From Spirogloea muscicola (taxonomy: Eukaryota): a stretch of DNA of 64,000 nt. The notes below the pieces were generated by a model. The model did no database searches and was not told where the DNA came from. It saw nothing but the letters and a program-made list of their open reading frames with translations. The position numbers and the translations under genes were made by a program. Positions within the stretch are counted from its first letter, which is position 1. Every line of letters begins with the position of its first letter. Positions 14,415 to 26,235 of this stretch are shown here, one piece after another. The stretch is taken from the NCBI GenBank assembly GCA_009602725.1, contig WELB01000030.1, forward strand, positions 200,304 to 264,303, read 5' to 3'.

Positions 14415-14871
14415 CCACGGTTTAGCACACTCAGTTGTCGTCAATTCTTGCACCACATAGGTACGGGCATAATGTGTTGTGCGTGTACTAGTCAGTCTTG
14501 TGGGGGGGAGAAGGGGGGAGGGGAGGGGGCAAATGATGGTGTTATCGTCGTTAAGTCGTTCGGAAGCATGTGCTTGAAGCAGGCCGTGCGAACCTGGCTC
14601 GAATGACTGAAAGGCTGGTGGCAGTTGGGGCGCTCACATACTGCCTGCAGAGGAGGCCCGCAAATGTTGGAAGGCCAGTCTGCATGCCGCTGCTGTGCGG
14701 CCGTCACATACCTCCGCATCCCGCAGCCGCCGAGGGGGAGGGTTGAGCGCTGGCAGCAGAGAGGCTGGTGGGTATGGGAGAAGCACCCGCTATTATTGGG
14801 GCCCGAGGCCGAATGGTGGCTGGCAAGACAAAAAAGCCGGGTGCATGAGGGCTGAGTTACGAAGTAGGTTG

Positions 14872-14940
14872 TTTAGGGTTTAGGGATTAGGGTTAGGGTT
14901 TAGGGTTCAGGATTTAGGGGGTTAAGGTTTAGGTTTCAGG
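14872..14940 (+). repeat. Interstitial degenerate telomere-like tract (TTTAGGG/TTAGGG mix)
   Basis: tttagggttttagggattagggttagggtttagggttcaggatttagggggttaaggtttagg. Confidence 0.85.
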
Positions 14941-15189
14941 ATCTAGAGTGCGTGAACAGGCGCGGCTGGGGCTGCAGAGAGATGGCCAGCCACTGTATGA
15001 GGAGGAACAGCGTGTCATATATCTGTCAGAGAGCGGCCCTGAGCGGCCAAGTAACAACAAGGCAGGCAAACCTACAATTGTAGGCTGCGAGAATAATTCC
15101 TCAGAAGGGGGTGATGGCTGGCCAGCCCACAGTTCAAGTGGACAAGTAAGAGCCAATCCAAGCACCAGAACAACGCTTCTGGCTTGACG

Positions 15190-15345
15190 TGGCGCCTTCC
15201 GGCTGCTAGCTACTCTAGCTTGCGGCTCTTGACAAGGGTGTGTTGAGCACCCATTCGAAGTAACTACTCAAGTAGCTGCGCGATCTGCACTTTCCGGCCT
15301 CTCCGGACCTTGTCCACTTCGGACCCCTTTGTTTTCTTCTTGTTG
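15190..15345 (+). mobile_element. Decayed CRE-like 3' fragment
   Basis: ccggctgctagctactctagcttgcggctcttgacaaggg reads PAASYSSLRLLTR, the family C-terminal motif. It is followed by a pyrimidine/TTC-rich tail. Confidence 0.6.
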
Positions 15346-16585
15346 GGGCAGTCCTTGCACAGGCAGTACGAAGACAAACAAGCTCGTCCTCTGTAAGGCA
15401 GTGGGACCCCCCGGTGAAAGAGCTTGGACTTACTCGAGCACTTGGCGACCACCACGGGAGGCCACGTTAGTAGCCTCTAGCCCGACCGACCCGCTCCGTA
15501 GGGGGTCGGGGCAGTAGTGTGGTCAGCGTGGTCCCGATTGGCGGAGAGAGGGAGCCGCCAAGTAGGCACCGTGGCGATGGCAATGGGGAAAGTAGAAAAA
15601 GTGGAAGGTGGTCAAACAGCCTGGGAGGGCGGGCCGTGCGGATTCGATCCCGTCCCCTCCTGGTCGGGAGAGGCCTGGGGACGGCCGGGCGGGGCTCCTC
15701 TGCGGGGCGCGTTGCAGTCGACCGGCCCCGCCGGTGCGGCGGGGCGGCCGAGGCCCGCAGAGGACGGGCGCGGTACCTCCCCCGTACGGCCCCGCGCCGC
15801 CGGGCGATCCGATCCCGCCCGTCCAGTTGCGCGCCAATCCGCGGCGCCCCCGCGCGGGCCCTCGCGGCCGCCCCGGCACCGTCCGATGCTCACCGCATCC
15901 GAGTCCCGCGCGCCGCCGCGTGGCACCCGGGGAAAAAGCGAGCCTGAACTTTCCGCCCCACGCCTTCCGGCCCACCCTCCCTCCCTCCTCCCGGACCCTC
16001 CGGCTCCCCCTCAGTCCGGGAGGCGCCCCGGGGGTCCTCGCCGCGGCCGCGGCCGCCGTGCCGCCGCCGCGCCGCCGCCGCCGGTGCTGCAGCCGCCGCC
16101 GCCATCGCCATTGACCGTTGTCGCGCGAAGAGAGCCTCAGGCGACTGAGCTCTCTCTGCGTAACGCTCGCGCGCCGCGACGCTGCGAGTTCCGCGGCCCG
16201 CTGCGCTGGCCGTGGCGGCGGCGGCCTCTACCCGTGGCGGTGAGTCTCTCGCCGGCACTTGCACTAGCCTCGCTGTGGCTAGAGCCGCGCCGGTCGCTCG
16301 GATCGGGCGGCTCCACGCCTGTTTGTCCACGTTCGTCGCCAACCGGACCCGCTCTCACCCGCTGCTCGGTGCTGCCGCCGTTGCGTCAGGAGCCACCCTG
16401 CACTGCGAGCAGCCGCGGACTACTGAGCCAGAGCTCTGGTCTGCAGTACAGCTTTACGGTGCGCTTCACGCCGTTGCACACCGTTGAAATGTTGTGTGCT
16501 TTCCTGGGAAAGTCTGCCAGCTTGTGCTCCAGTTACATGCTGCAAGTCTCCGATCCAACACAGTGGCTTTGTGAAAGGACGTTGA

Positions 16586-19113
16586 TGAGGATGGCAGAAG
16601 CATCTCCGAACGGACACGAGGTCGTACAGTGACGAGTGTGTGTGGTAAACGACACCATGTGCAGGGGAGCAATGAATGGCTCTATCGAATTTGACGACAT
16701 CATGAGGGACCTCCTCACAAAGTACGCCTTTTTCCGGAGCCCTGAGTTGCAGCCAGACTATTTCGAGTGCAATTGGTGTCTTGCAGTGCTCTCTTTCTTT
16801 CTTGCAGTGTGCCACTGTGCTTATGTGGAGGACTTGGGGGGGGGGGGGGGGGGGGGNGGGGGGGGGGGGGGGGGTGACTTAAACCCTCGCTTGTTCGTAT
16901 GGCCTTTGACACTGACACTTTTACTTGTGGCTTGCTCAGGCACCTGCAACAGCAGATGCCATCAGCAGACGAGCTGGCGGTCAGGCGTGAACTGCTGAGT
17001 CCAGGCCTGCCTGCTCTTCCGCTCTCTACGTCAGCTCCATTTGGCCCACCCAACAGTTTGCCACTGCTGCAGCATCCAGGAGGTGAGCCGTGGCTTGTCG
17101 CGAGGCGGTCACTCTACCATGTTCGGACGATTGCAGCATGCCTCTTATCTGAGATGAAAGAGATGAATGAGCAAAGCACGTATGTCTGGTGGCTTCAAGA
17201 GGATGGTGACCTTGACAATCTTTTCAGGCATACAGGGAGCTTCTGGATGTCCTAAGCAAGAGGAGAAACTTATGTAACAGGACCCCAAAGACTTGCTCGA
17301 CGGGCAAGCGCGGCACACTACTTAACCGTCCTGGACGGCACCTCCCTTGGTCGTTATTGCAGATTGTCCATCCTCTCTTATTAATTCAGCCCATGGCATT
17401 ACCACACAGCTGCAGCAAGTTCCAGTCAGCCCATCCTCAGATACAAGCCCTTTTTTGGCGCCACTCGTGTAAGTGTGTTTGCAGGGCTGGCTTGTTGATA
17501 TGCACTGAAGTGGCCTGTCTGTAGCACTTGCAACCTCCTTCTTATCCTTCAGTTATTCACATGCAATGTATCTTGCACCTCTGCAGAGCTACCCCGCTCT
17601 CCAATGCTGCTGCTATTGCCCGTCAGCAGAGGGCCTCACGAGACAACCTGAAGCGCAGCAAGCGAAGGCGCTTTATAGAAGATTGTGAGGGCTCTTAGCC
17701 AGTTATTGATTTGCTCCCTGGGATGCTACAAGTCAGCTTGCTTCTTAAATTTCTTGCTTTCTGTTGAAGAATGAGAGGGTTCTTAGGCAGTCATTGAACA
17801 GCTCCTTGGACTGCTACAAGTCAGCTTGCTTTCTAAGCACAGCAATATGCACAAGCAGGGGTTTGAGCAACTTATCCATTCGCCTCATGCTGCATACTCG
17901 CTTATCCACCTTGTACTTTTCAGCTATCTGACAGCCGCTTGGTCATAGTGTATTGACTTGCCTGTCTTGCTTGACCTGAATGATTGACAGCATTGAAATG
18001 TTTCTGTGTATTGACTTGTCTGACCTTCTTGACTTGAATGATTGACAGCAGCAAAAAGTGGCGCCATGTCAAGTCCCACTGACAGCACCCTCAATACAAG
18101 TCAAGTAGATGCGGTGGTGCCAGCTGTTAAGGTTGAGGATAGCACGGAAGTTGGGTCGCCAGGTACTTCAGTGGCCAAGATTCCAGCAGTTGCCAAGGTG
18201 AAGGAGGAGCGGAAGAAAAAGCGGTGTGTTTGCAACTTTCATGGCAATCTTACACATGTATTGATAAAGAGGCCTTTGCTGGCTTCAAAATGGTCGAGTT
18301 CTGGCAATTTACGCACCAAAGCGTTTGCTTTGGCTTATCCTGATGATGGTGAAGTCTGTGGCCCACTCGCTAAGCTACTCCCAGAATTCGTACAAGTGGA
18401 GCGTCCCTTAGATAGTCAACCTGAGCTTCTTCACTTGCTGCCGTCAGGTTGCTGCGGAATCGAGTGAGTGCGCAGCTTGCTCGCGAACGGAAGCGGACGC
18501 GTGAACAGGCACGTACTATCCAATTGCTTTGATAGTTACCAATAGGTGCAATCGACTTTCTGCTGGCATTTGTTTGTTCGTATGATTGCTAGCATGAATC
18601 TGGTGTCAGCTGTGACTACCGCGGTGATGGCTGGTGGATTGTATTCAATTCACCATCTCATGGTGGATCATTTCCTATTTCTGCAGGCAATGGAAGAACA
18701 ATGCAGAAGAGTCGAGATTGCAAATGAGATATTAGAGAAGCAGATATACGATCTCACGCAGGTACTGTGGCACACAAGCTTTGATCTCGACTTTGCAATG
18801 CCTCGCCTGCTGATAGACCTGCAGCAGGTCATAATATGTTGGTGTCTGGAGGCGCCTTGAATGAAGGTTAGCAGGCAGCCTGGCGAGAGACGCATCATGG
18901 TTGTTGTAAGAAGCAGTGGACTTGCAGCTCATATTCAGTCTCTGCTTGCAGGAAAATGAGAGCCTACGGCTTCTAGTCAAGGCGAATATGCGAGGAACAG
19001 CGTTACCCAGCTATCCTGTTGAGCCCTCACCCTCAAGTTACTTGCCCAGTTCATCCATTTCATTGGCCTTCGGGGCACTTTACCCAACTGATAGTCAACA
19101 GCTAATGGATTGA
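16586..19113 (+). CDS. HY5-like bZIP transcription factor, multi-exon; start uncertain
   Basis: The spliced basic region and zipper read KEERKKKR|LLRNRVSAQLARERKRTREQ|AMEEQCRRVEIANEILEKQIYDLTQ|ENESLRLLVK. RLLRNRVSAQxARERK is the HY5/HYH-type basic motif. Confidence 0.8.
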
Positions 19114-19852
19114 CGGAGAGCTGGCACTTATGTGCTTCAGCACGCACGGCACTGCTCAAAGTAACGCGATCTTACTTCACCATCACCTCATCCTAGCTCT
19201 TACTGCAGGATTGTATATGTATGCTTTTTGTCCGGCTCAATTGCTGCTCAAGCATGCAAATAGTTGCAGCCAGCGCCTTGATTACCGCAAGTGGTCGGGA
19301 TGCGCCCTTGCTCAAGCCTGCCCTCATTGCCCTCACTTGACTATTGGCATTCTTTGGAGTCACGGTGGTGTCCTCCCTTTGTAAAAGACAATAACTTAGA
19401 TTGCATATCGGACATGGGGAACAGATTAGTGTCCCTCAATTCCATGCGATTGGCATGTGCCCAAGCGGCTAGGACCGCTGAAGACATTCATTGGTCCTAT
19501 TGTGTGGCCTTCTACCCCATGTCTAACAACTGGAGCTTACCTGAGGCGCATTCCATAGGTGATGTAGAATATGTTAGCTTGCAGTAAGCACTCTCTTGAC
19601 TCTGAATGTAGTATGTCTGCTTGAGAGCTACTTGTATGTAGAAGGTGGATGAATGTCCCTCAGATACATGTGTGAATGTGAAGCCTGCCTCAGGCGGCTC
19701 ATGAGACCTAGCCCTTGAGTCTGTTCAACTGCTGAGACTGAGGTGGAGGACATGTAAGAGCATTGCAATCAAAGAATGAGCAAAGCAGTTTGCATCCTTG
19801 TGCTTCTGTACAATGAAGGTGGTGCCATCTTCTGCAGGTCTGAGCTGCGCCA

Positions 19853-21592
19853 TTATCTCTCGTCTTCTTTTGGCTGCAGTACCTTGAGCTTGGTAAGCAG
19901 GCCGTCCAGCTCTGTAGCAGTGAACACCTTGTACTCCACCTCACCATTGGGCCCCTTGCTGACCTGCTTTCCCCCCAACCCCCAATAAATCAGGCCCACT
20001 GTGAGAACATGGCAACCGCTTCACAAAGGACTGTTACCTATTTGACGCTGCTCACTACTGCCATTGCTGCAGTATAAAGGCAGTGCACCTGCGACAGCTC
20101 CAGCTTGTTGGCCGAAAGGGTGGTGCTATCCATGGTTTTGCTCAGGACTTTGAGGGCCAGACCGAGGGCAGCCTCCAGGTCCATGTCTTCCTTGTAGTCT
20201 TGCTTCAGGATTGACTGTGCCGCCTGATTGTTGGCGCCAATTGCAGCAGCCTTCCAGCCCCCATAATTCCCACTCGGATCACTCTGCCAAACAGTAAGGG
20301 TAACGTGAGAGAAGCCACCGGCTGTCACTGACCCAGCTGTTGCTTCTGACTGATGGACGCGACAACGGATCATGGGCGTATTGTGCGGGTTGTATGTGGT
20401 GTCCTGCATGAGCCATCTCCTGACGACATGTGCTTCTGACATACCTGGTAGAGCTGGAACCCAAAGTTCTGGTCCCAACCAGCGAAGAGGAACGACACTC
20501 CAAAGGGCCGGAGGCCGCCGAACTGCGTGTACCCCTGCTTTGTGTCGCACAGCTGCTGGACAAGTTGCTCCACAGGGATGGCCTCCTGCAGCGCGACACC
20601 CAAAGGCCACCTGTTGTCAGCAAGGCTGACCTTGCATCGGTTGCTGCATAGGAGAGATGTATCTCAAGGCTTGAGAGTGTGCAATGGCCTGTGAGAGAGC
20701 CCATGCCGATGCTGCTCCTTCACTAAGCACGCTCGCTCACCTGGTACGCAAAGGCGTAGCGCTGCGCAATGAGCCGGGCAGTATTGACGAGGATGTTGGC
20801 ATCAGCAGTGATACCGGCCACAGCCGACGCTACGTAGTCGTCGATCTTGTACATCTTCTCCGTCGTCTTGGACGTCTCTGCGCAGAAGCCAAGCCCAGCC
20901 CCATGCTGCTCAGCGCACCGCCACCAAGCGCAGCCGTTGGCCTGACGCTGGCAACGAGCTGGCCCCAAGTGGCAGCCCAGCAAGTCGCATGGACGGTGAG
21001 AGCAGGCCCCCCGGCCCACAAAAGTGAGGCCACAAGCGCCTTCTGCAAGCTGTTACGAAAGCGCGGCCTCCGCGGCTTGCTCGTGCAGGCGCTCGGCAGT
21101 GAGGCTTTCGAGAGAAAATATGGGCTTAACCCTGAACGCATAAACCCTAGACCATCGTCTTGGTTGGAGATGGAGCAGCTGGCGCTCTGCGCAAGCGAGG
21201 AGCTCGGGAGGGAGCGAGGTGGGGCGAGGGGCACGGACCCAGTAGCTTGGAGGTGATCTTCTTCTCGGCGGCCAGCACGACGCCGTCGACGGCCATGATG
21301 CCCACTGCGGCGCCCGCGTGGCTGCGCAATCCCCCGCCCGCAAGCGGCCATCACCGTCAGTCCCGCAGTCCGAGAAAACCAGTATGATGTCAAGGAGTAG
21401 CACCCCTGCTGCTTGTGATCACCACCGCTTTCATTGATCATGTACTGCCATGGGGTCCTCTCTAGCCACTCCGAGCCGCAGCCGTGGTGGGAGAGTTGCC
21501 GCGCACCTGATGGCCTCCATGGCGTACTCCACCTGGTACAGCCGGCCCTCGGGCGAGAAGATGGTCGTGCGCGAGTCGTAGCGCCGCGCCAT
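19853..21592 (-). CDS. PAC1: 20S proteasome subunit alpha type-4 (alpha-3)
   Basis: [100 protein letters not shown]. Confidence 0.96.
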
Positions 21593-21693
21593 GGCGGCCG
21601 AGGAGGGCGCAGACCCGCGGCGAGGCGGAGGCGAGCGAGGGAGCGAGCGGGGTTTTGCGGAGGAATCTGACACAAACCACCCCCCCCCCCCTT

Positions 21694-21724
21694 TAACCCT
21701 CACACCCTAACCCTAACCCTAAAA
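21694..21724. promoter_or_regulatory. Telo-box-like (CCCTAA)n stretch in the divergent PAC1/hyccin promoter region
   Basis: taaccctcacaccctaaccctaaccctaaaac lies about 100 bp upstream of the PAC1 ATG. Confidence 0.5.
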
Positions 21725-21803
21725 CATCCCCCGTGCCTCCGCCATCCCAGCGCCGCCGCCGCCGCCGCTGCCGCCGCCGCCGCCGACGCCGCCGCCGCCG
21801 CCG

Positions 21804-21944
21804 NNNNNNNNNNNNNNNNNNNNNNNNNNNNNNNNNNNNNNNNNNNNNNNNNNNNNNNNNNNNNNNNNNNNNNNNNNNNNNNNNNNNNNNNNNNNNNNNN
21901 NNNNNNNNNNNNNNNNNNNNNNNNNNNNNNNNNNNNNNNNNNNN
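21804..21944. other. Assembly gap (N run) preceded by a (GCC)n tract
   Basis: Run of n characters. Confidence 0.98.
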
Positions 21945-23781
21945 CGACCGCCGCCCGAGGGCGCAACCAGGGCGCCGGGGCTCCCGGCGGCGGCGGCCAA
22001 GGCTGCGGCGCCGGCCAAGTCGGCGCCAGAGCTCTTCCAGTCCTTCTCGGCGTCGCTGTGCGGGCCGGACGCCGGCTCGGTGCGCGCCATGGCCGCTCGC
22101 CGTCGTCGCGGAGACGCTCGGCCGTCGTCGCTCGCCTGGCCGCTGCTAGCTAACGGGCGGTCGTGGCCCGGCTGTCGTTGCGCAGGCGGACGACCAGACG
22201 TGCGACCTGCTCATGGAGTTCCTGCAGCGTGAGCAAGGCCCCGTGCAGGACGTCGTGCTCCAGTTCCTGCCCCTCATAGTGGAGCAGTACCTCTGCCGCA
22301 ACGCAGACGGCCGCCCCGCAGCGGCGGCCGGTGAGGAGCTGCTGCCGCCGCCGCCAGTGGTCACTGCCTGCACGGTTGATGGCCCGTCGTCGGCGAGCGG
22401 CAAGCTCGGGCTCCAGACGGCGCCCCTCGTGCATGCGTAGGCTACGAGAAGCTGCTGGTGGCCGTCCACAACGAGGAGGCAAGACTCCGCCTCGGCGAGC
22501 TGCCCGAGGCTGGAGGGCCGCCGCCATTGCTGCTGCCGCGGCCGCCCCGCCTTCCAAGTCCGATAGTCTCGCCGGTAATACTTCCATCTTAAGCAAGGCT
22601 AGATAGAAGCTCCTCCTGCTTTCAAGATCTCAGATTTGGATAGTCGAAGAAGGGTTCAGTGGGGGTTGAGTTCCTCAAAGCTGGCTTGCTCTAGGCACGG
22701 CCGTCTGCAGAAGGCGGCAACTTTGGCCTTCACCAGCAGGCCTGAATGGACGTGGCAGGTGACAACGTCTTCGCTGTCTCTGATTGCTTTGTGTCTATGC
22801 AATGCGCAGGCCGCTTCGTCACTGCCAATGCATGCCATGGCGTGCCCGCTGCGACCGTATGAGCAGAACGCTGTCGTCGGCACGGCCCTCGGGCGCCTCC
22901 GGCGCAGCATTGCGCAAATGCCCATCTTCGTGCTTATCTCGCTGTGCACTGTGGCTTCGAGGTACGCTCTCAGTGTCACAACCTCTCGAGCAAGCTTGCC
23001 ATGAATGAGCAGGACAAGGTAGCCATGGGAGCGGGCGCTCCCCCATTACTCCTCATCCGAAGGAACTGTGACTGGCATCGCACCATCAGATAACCCGTCA
23101 GTCTAATGGCGTTTTGTAATAATGGAGGAGCTTTTCTGTGTCCTCATCACCTGCAAGCTCTGCATCATGGCCAACTTGAGATAGCCTCCACATGGGAACC
23201 AGCTTGTGTCATGAGCCCAGCATGTCACACTGATGGTTTTTTGTGCCATGGCCAGGCTTGCAACCAGGGGCTGCCCGTGGGCCACGCCAGCGCACCTCAA
23301 TGAGCTGGCCGCGGCAGCGTTGCCCTCGGTGGACAAGCCGGCTGCCGCAGATCAAGCGGGGCTTCAGAGGGGGCTTGCCATGGCCACTGGCGAGTCCCTC
23401 GGCGAGGCCGGCGCTGTGCTCCAGCAGCCAGCTCACTCGCAAGTGGCAGACCTGGGTAAAGCTAGAGCCGAGGAGGTGGAGGCTGCGGGCCCAAGCTCTA
23501 CCCTTAGTCCCTCCACAAATGACCAAGCTCTTGCAGAGGACTTGAGCGGCAGAAGGGTGCAGCTGGACATGGTGGTCCTGCGGCCAATCTTGCTGGCCCT
23601 GGGCCACGCTCTTGTCTCCGTTGGACCAATCGTCACTGGCGCCGGGAGATCCGTCAGAGACGAGGTCGCGCAGGCAGCGAAGGCTATCTTCGGTCGTGCG
23701 TCACACGATCTGACCTGTGACGTTTTGCTGGCCAGCTGCAGCCTGGTCCGCTTGGCCGCAATGAGCACCACGGCCGGTTGA
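21945..23781 (+). CDS. Hyccin/FAM126-like protein (PI4K complex subunit); start in or near the gap
   Basis: VVLQFLPLIVEQYL; AA|GYEKLLVAVHNEE; VVGTALGRLRRSIAQMP..LC; GRRVQLDMVVLRPILLALGHALV; AAKAIFGRASHDL..LLASCSLVRL. These match my recollection of plant hyccin blocks. Confidence 0.75.
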
Positions 23782-24578
23782 AGAGAAGCCCCCCCATTGA
23801 TACACTTTTGGATGATGTCTTGCCTTCATGAGGCCAAGTAAAATATTGCCAGTTGATTGCTGTGTTCCGAGGCCCTTGCTTGGTGAGGTGACTAGCGCCT
23901 GCAAGAGTCTGTCCAGCCTCCTTTCACATGGCATTGACACTTCTGAACGAGAATCATGCACCAAGAAGCTTGGTTCACCTCTTTTCTGATAGATGCTCGA
24001 TGAGGTGCAACATGGAGTGAGCCTGTTCCATCAACATTGGCAAAACCACCAAATTGACCAAATCATGGTGAGGAACTACGTTCAATAGTTCTTGAGGACT
24101 ACACTTCACCATGATGCTCGGCAAAGCCACAAACATGACAAAGTCGTTGCTCTTTGCAGTTGAATTGAGTTGTTAATGAGGGCCATCCTCACAGTGTTAA
24201 CTGCGCTGTGGGATCAACAAGCAAGCCAACATGCTTCCACTCAATTGCCTCAGTGCACTGAAGTAATTTTTGACAAAGCGCATGTTCAAGGTCAGCGGTC
24301 ACTCGAACCCCACGTCTCTCGTTGAAGAAGCACAATGCACCTCCGGTCCACTTGGTGTCTCCCTTCTTTTCAGGCTAGCCGACATGCTATATCTGAGATA
24401 CACTTTATATATGCCCTGAAACAGTAGTAAACATTTTATAGATGTAAGAGCAGCCTGAACCTCCACAGGAGTAGGATAAAGTGTACATCCGTTCATCTGT
24501 TATTGACTGTGCAAGGCTATGGGCCTATGTTTAGCAGACCGAGGGGTATTGCACACTGATTGAGCAGCAGGCCTCGAC

Positions 24579-24648
24579 TTTGCAGAACTCAAGCTTTGCC
24601 AGTCGGCCTAGAAGGCCAGCTTTCTGACAACGCTGTCATGTGTGCAAA
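24579..24648 (-). promoter_or_regulatory. Eukaryotic SECIS element (type II) in the SelT 3' UTR
   Basis: Minus strand reads uuugcaca-c-AUGAC-agcguugucag-AAA-gcu-ggcc-uucua-ggcc-ga-cuggcaaagcu-UGAG-uuc-ugcaaa. It has the AUGA/GA quartet, an 11-bp helix II with one mismatch, apical AAA, a mini-stem and helix I. Confidence 0.9.
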
Positions 24649-24757
24649 TTTCCAAGCCTTTGTGCCTCAGCAGGCGCTTCAACTGCCCCCTCGTGCCTCA
24701 GAACCAGGGCAATGTCCGAGACCAGGAGCTTAGGCACCCTGCTATTGCCGGCAGCAG

Positions 24758-25842
24758 CTACTCCACAAGGCTCTGGTGCAAGGCGTTGCCCACTCGCATT
24801 GTAAGCTCCAGCTCGCTGGGAACCTTGCCCTCCTGCAGCTTAGAGGACACCTGGCCAGCCACACAGGAGCACAGAACAGACCCAACTTAGAGATGCTCCT
24901 CCACGAAGCTTCTGCGTCCTTGGAATCTGCATCATCACTCTGGAACTGGACAAGGTAAAGCTTGTCCAAGTGTCCATGAGAATGCTCAATATGGGAGGTC
25001 AACAGACGAAGCTGCTCTTACAACAGGCAGTTGGGCAAAGTCAGCAAGTGAGCATGACTTTAGAAACACCTTACCTGAGTGCCATCAAGCGAGACCTCGA
25101 ATGCGCCCGTGCTGACCAGCGAGTTGATGACCATGTTCCCACCCAGCCAGAAGCCCGCGGCGTAGCCGAGGCGGTTCCGCATCATGGCCTGGTACCATGC
25201 CGGCGGCTGTGCCAGCCCGAGGGTGCGGAAGGCATAGTCGCCACCCAGCGAGAGCGCGACGCCGGCGAGCTGAGCGACCTGAACGGCGTTGGCTAGCAGG
25301 GCCTTGTGCGGCGGCGGCGGGTAGTTGGCGAGCGTAACCTCGACGTCGGGGAAGGCGGCCAGCAGCGCCCGGCGATACTGCATGGCCACGTTCCTGCCCA
25401 CAGTAGCCGCACAATTGGGCAACCCTTAGATCTAAACCGGAGCTTCGACGAGCCGACGGCGAGTAGTGTGTGAGCTCATTGCGGCGGCGACGGCAGCAGC
25501 GGCGGCGGCGCTCACTTGTAGGATCACGAGGTGCAGTAGGCGATGTGGACTTGGCGAGCCGCCGGCTCAGCAGCAGCCGCCGCCGCCGTCGCCGCCTTCG
25601 CCGCCATGTCCGCATTCGCGGACACTGCACTGGCGCCCGCGCCCGCGTCTCGCTGCGGCGCGGGCAAAAGTTGCGGGGTCAGCCAGCAGCCATGGCGGCG
25701 GAGGCCAGCCAGCCAGCCGTCGCCGCCGCCGTCGCCGGCGCACCTGCTCGAGCGCATCTCCCGCGGTCATGGCGCGCATGACGTCGCCGGCGCCCGCGAG
25801 GGCGACCAGGAGCGCCGCGGCCAGCAGCGCGCCGCGCGCCAT
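24758..25842 (-). CDS. SELENOT: Selenoprotein T (Rdx family) with in-frame UGA (Sec) at 25524-25526
   Basis: Exons 25842-25744, 25652-25516, 25393-25075 and 24850-24758. Signal peptide MARGALLAAALLVALAG; VHIAYCTS-U-SYK; NYPPP; STGAFEV; SKLQEGKVP. A SECIS lies downstream. Confidence 0.92.
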
Positions 25843-25913
25843 GGCTGCCGCGGGGGGGGCGGCCCACGAAGCTGCGCACGGGGTTCAAGCGCTGGTCAAG
25901 CTGTGGCGCCGAT

Positions 25914-26232
25914 GAAGAAAGTGGCTCTCCCAATGGGGGCAAAGGGCCGTGAGAAGCCAGCCCGAAAAGGATTGACGAGATTCGAAGAAGCCAAACTACG
26001 AAGGAGCCAGAAGCGCTATCTCAGTACTGGTGTAGGATGAATCCGTCAACAAGGGAAAGGCTGGGAAAGGCCAGCGCAAAGGGAATCAGGCTAACTGGGG
26101 AAGGCGGAACGCTGCCACTGAAGCCAGTGGCCTCGCTAAACGATGCAGATGGAAGCTCAGGATCCACGAGTGAGCAACAGCAAGTCAGAATATCTCGAAG
26201 CTAGGAAGAGCGAACGCCGCTGGCACGCCAGC
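25914..26232 (-). mobile_element. 5'-truncated CRE-like copy ending ~70 bp upstream of the SelT ATG
   Basis: ASRYSDLLLLTRGS* at ~26160-26200. The 3' end is gggctggcttctcacggccc..ccattgggagagccactttcttc. Confidence 0.8.
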
Positions 26233-26235
26233 AGT

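Noticed and set aside
14872..15345. Telomere-repeat targeting by the CRE-like family, as in fungal Cnl1/MoTeR
   Set aside because: No element end abuts the telomeric tract, and none of the four TSD-defined sites is telomeric.
15517..16632. 371-aa ORF upstream of the bZIP
   Set aside because: It is Pro/Arg/Gly-rich sequence from very high GC with open frames on both strands and no recognisable domain. It is likely promoter, 5' UTR or intron.
16836..16874. Poly-G run as a G-quadruplex element
   Set aside because: It contains an n at a probable contig join, so its length is unreliable.
5302..21592. Functional clustering of two proteasome subunit genes
   Set aside because: They are separated by unrelated genes, and two instances are compatible with chance.
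22598..22606. GC donor in the hyccin gene
   Set aside because: The correct frame (GYEKLLVAVHNEE..IVSP) uses a normal GT donor at ~22576.
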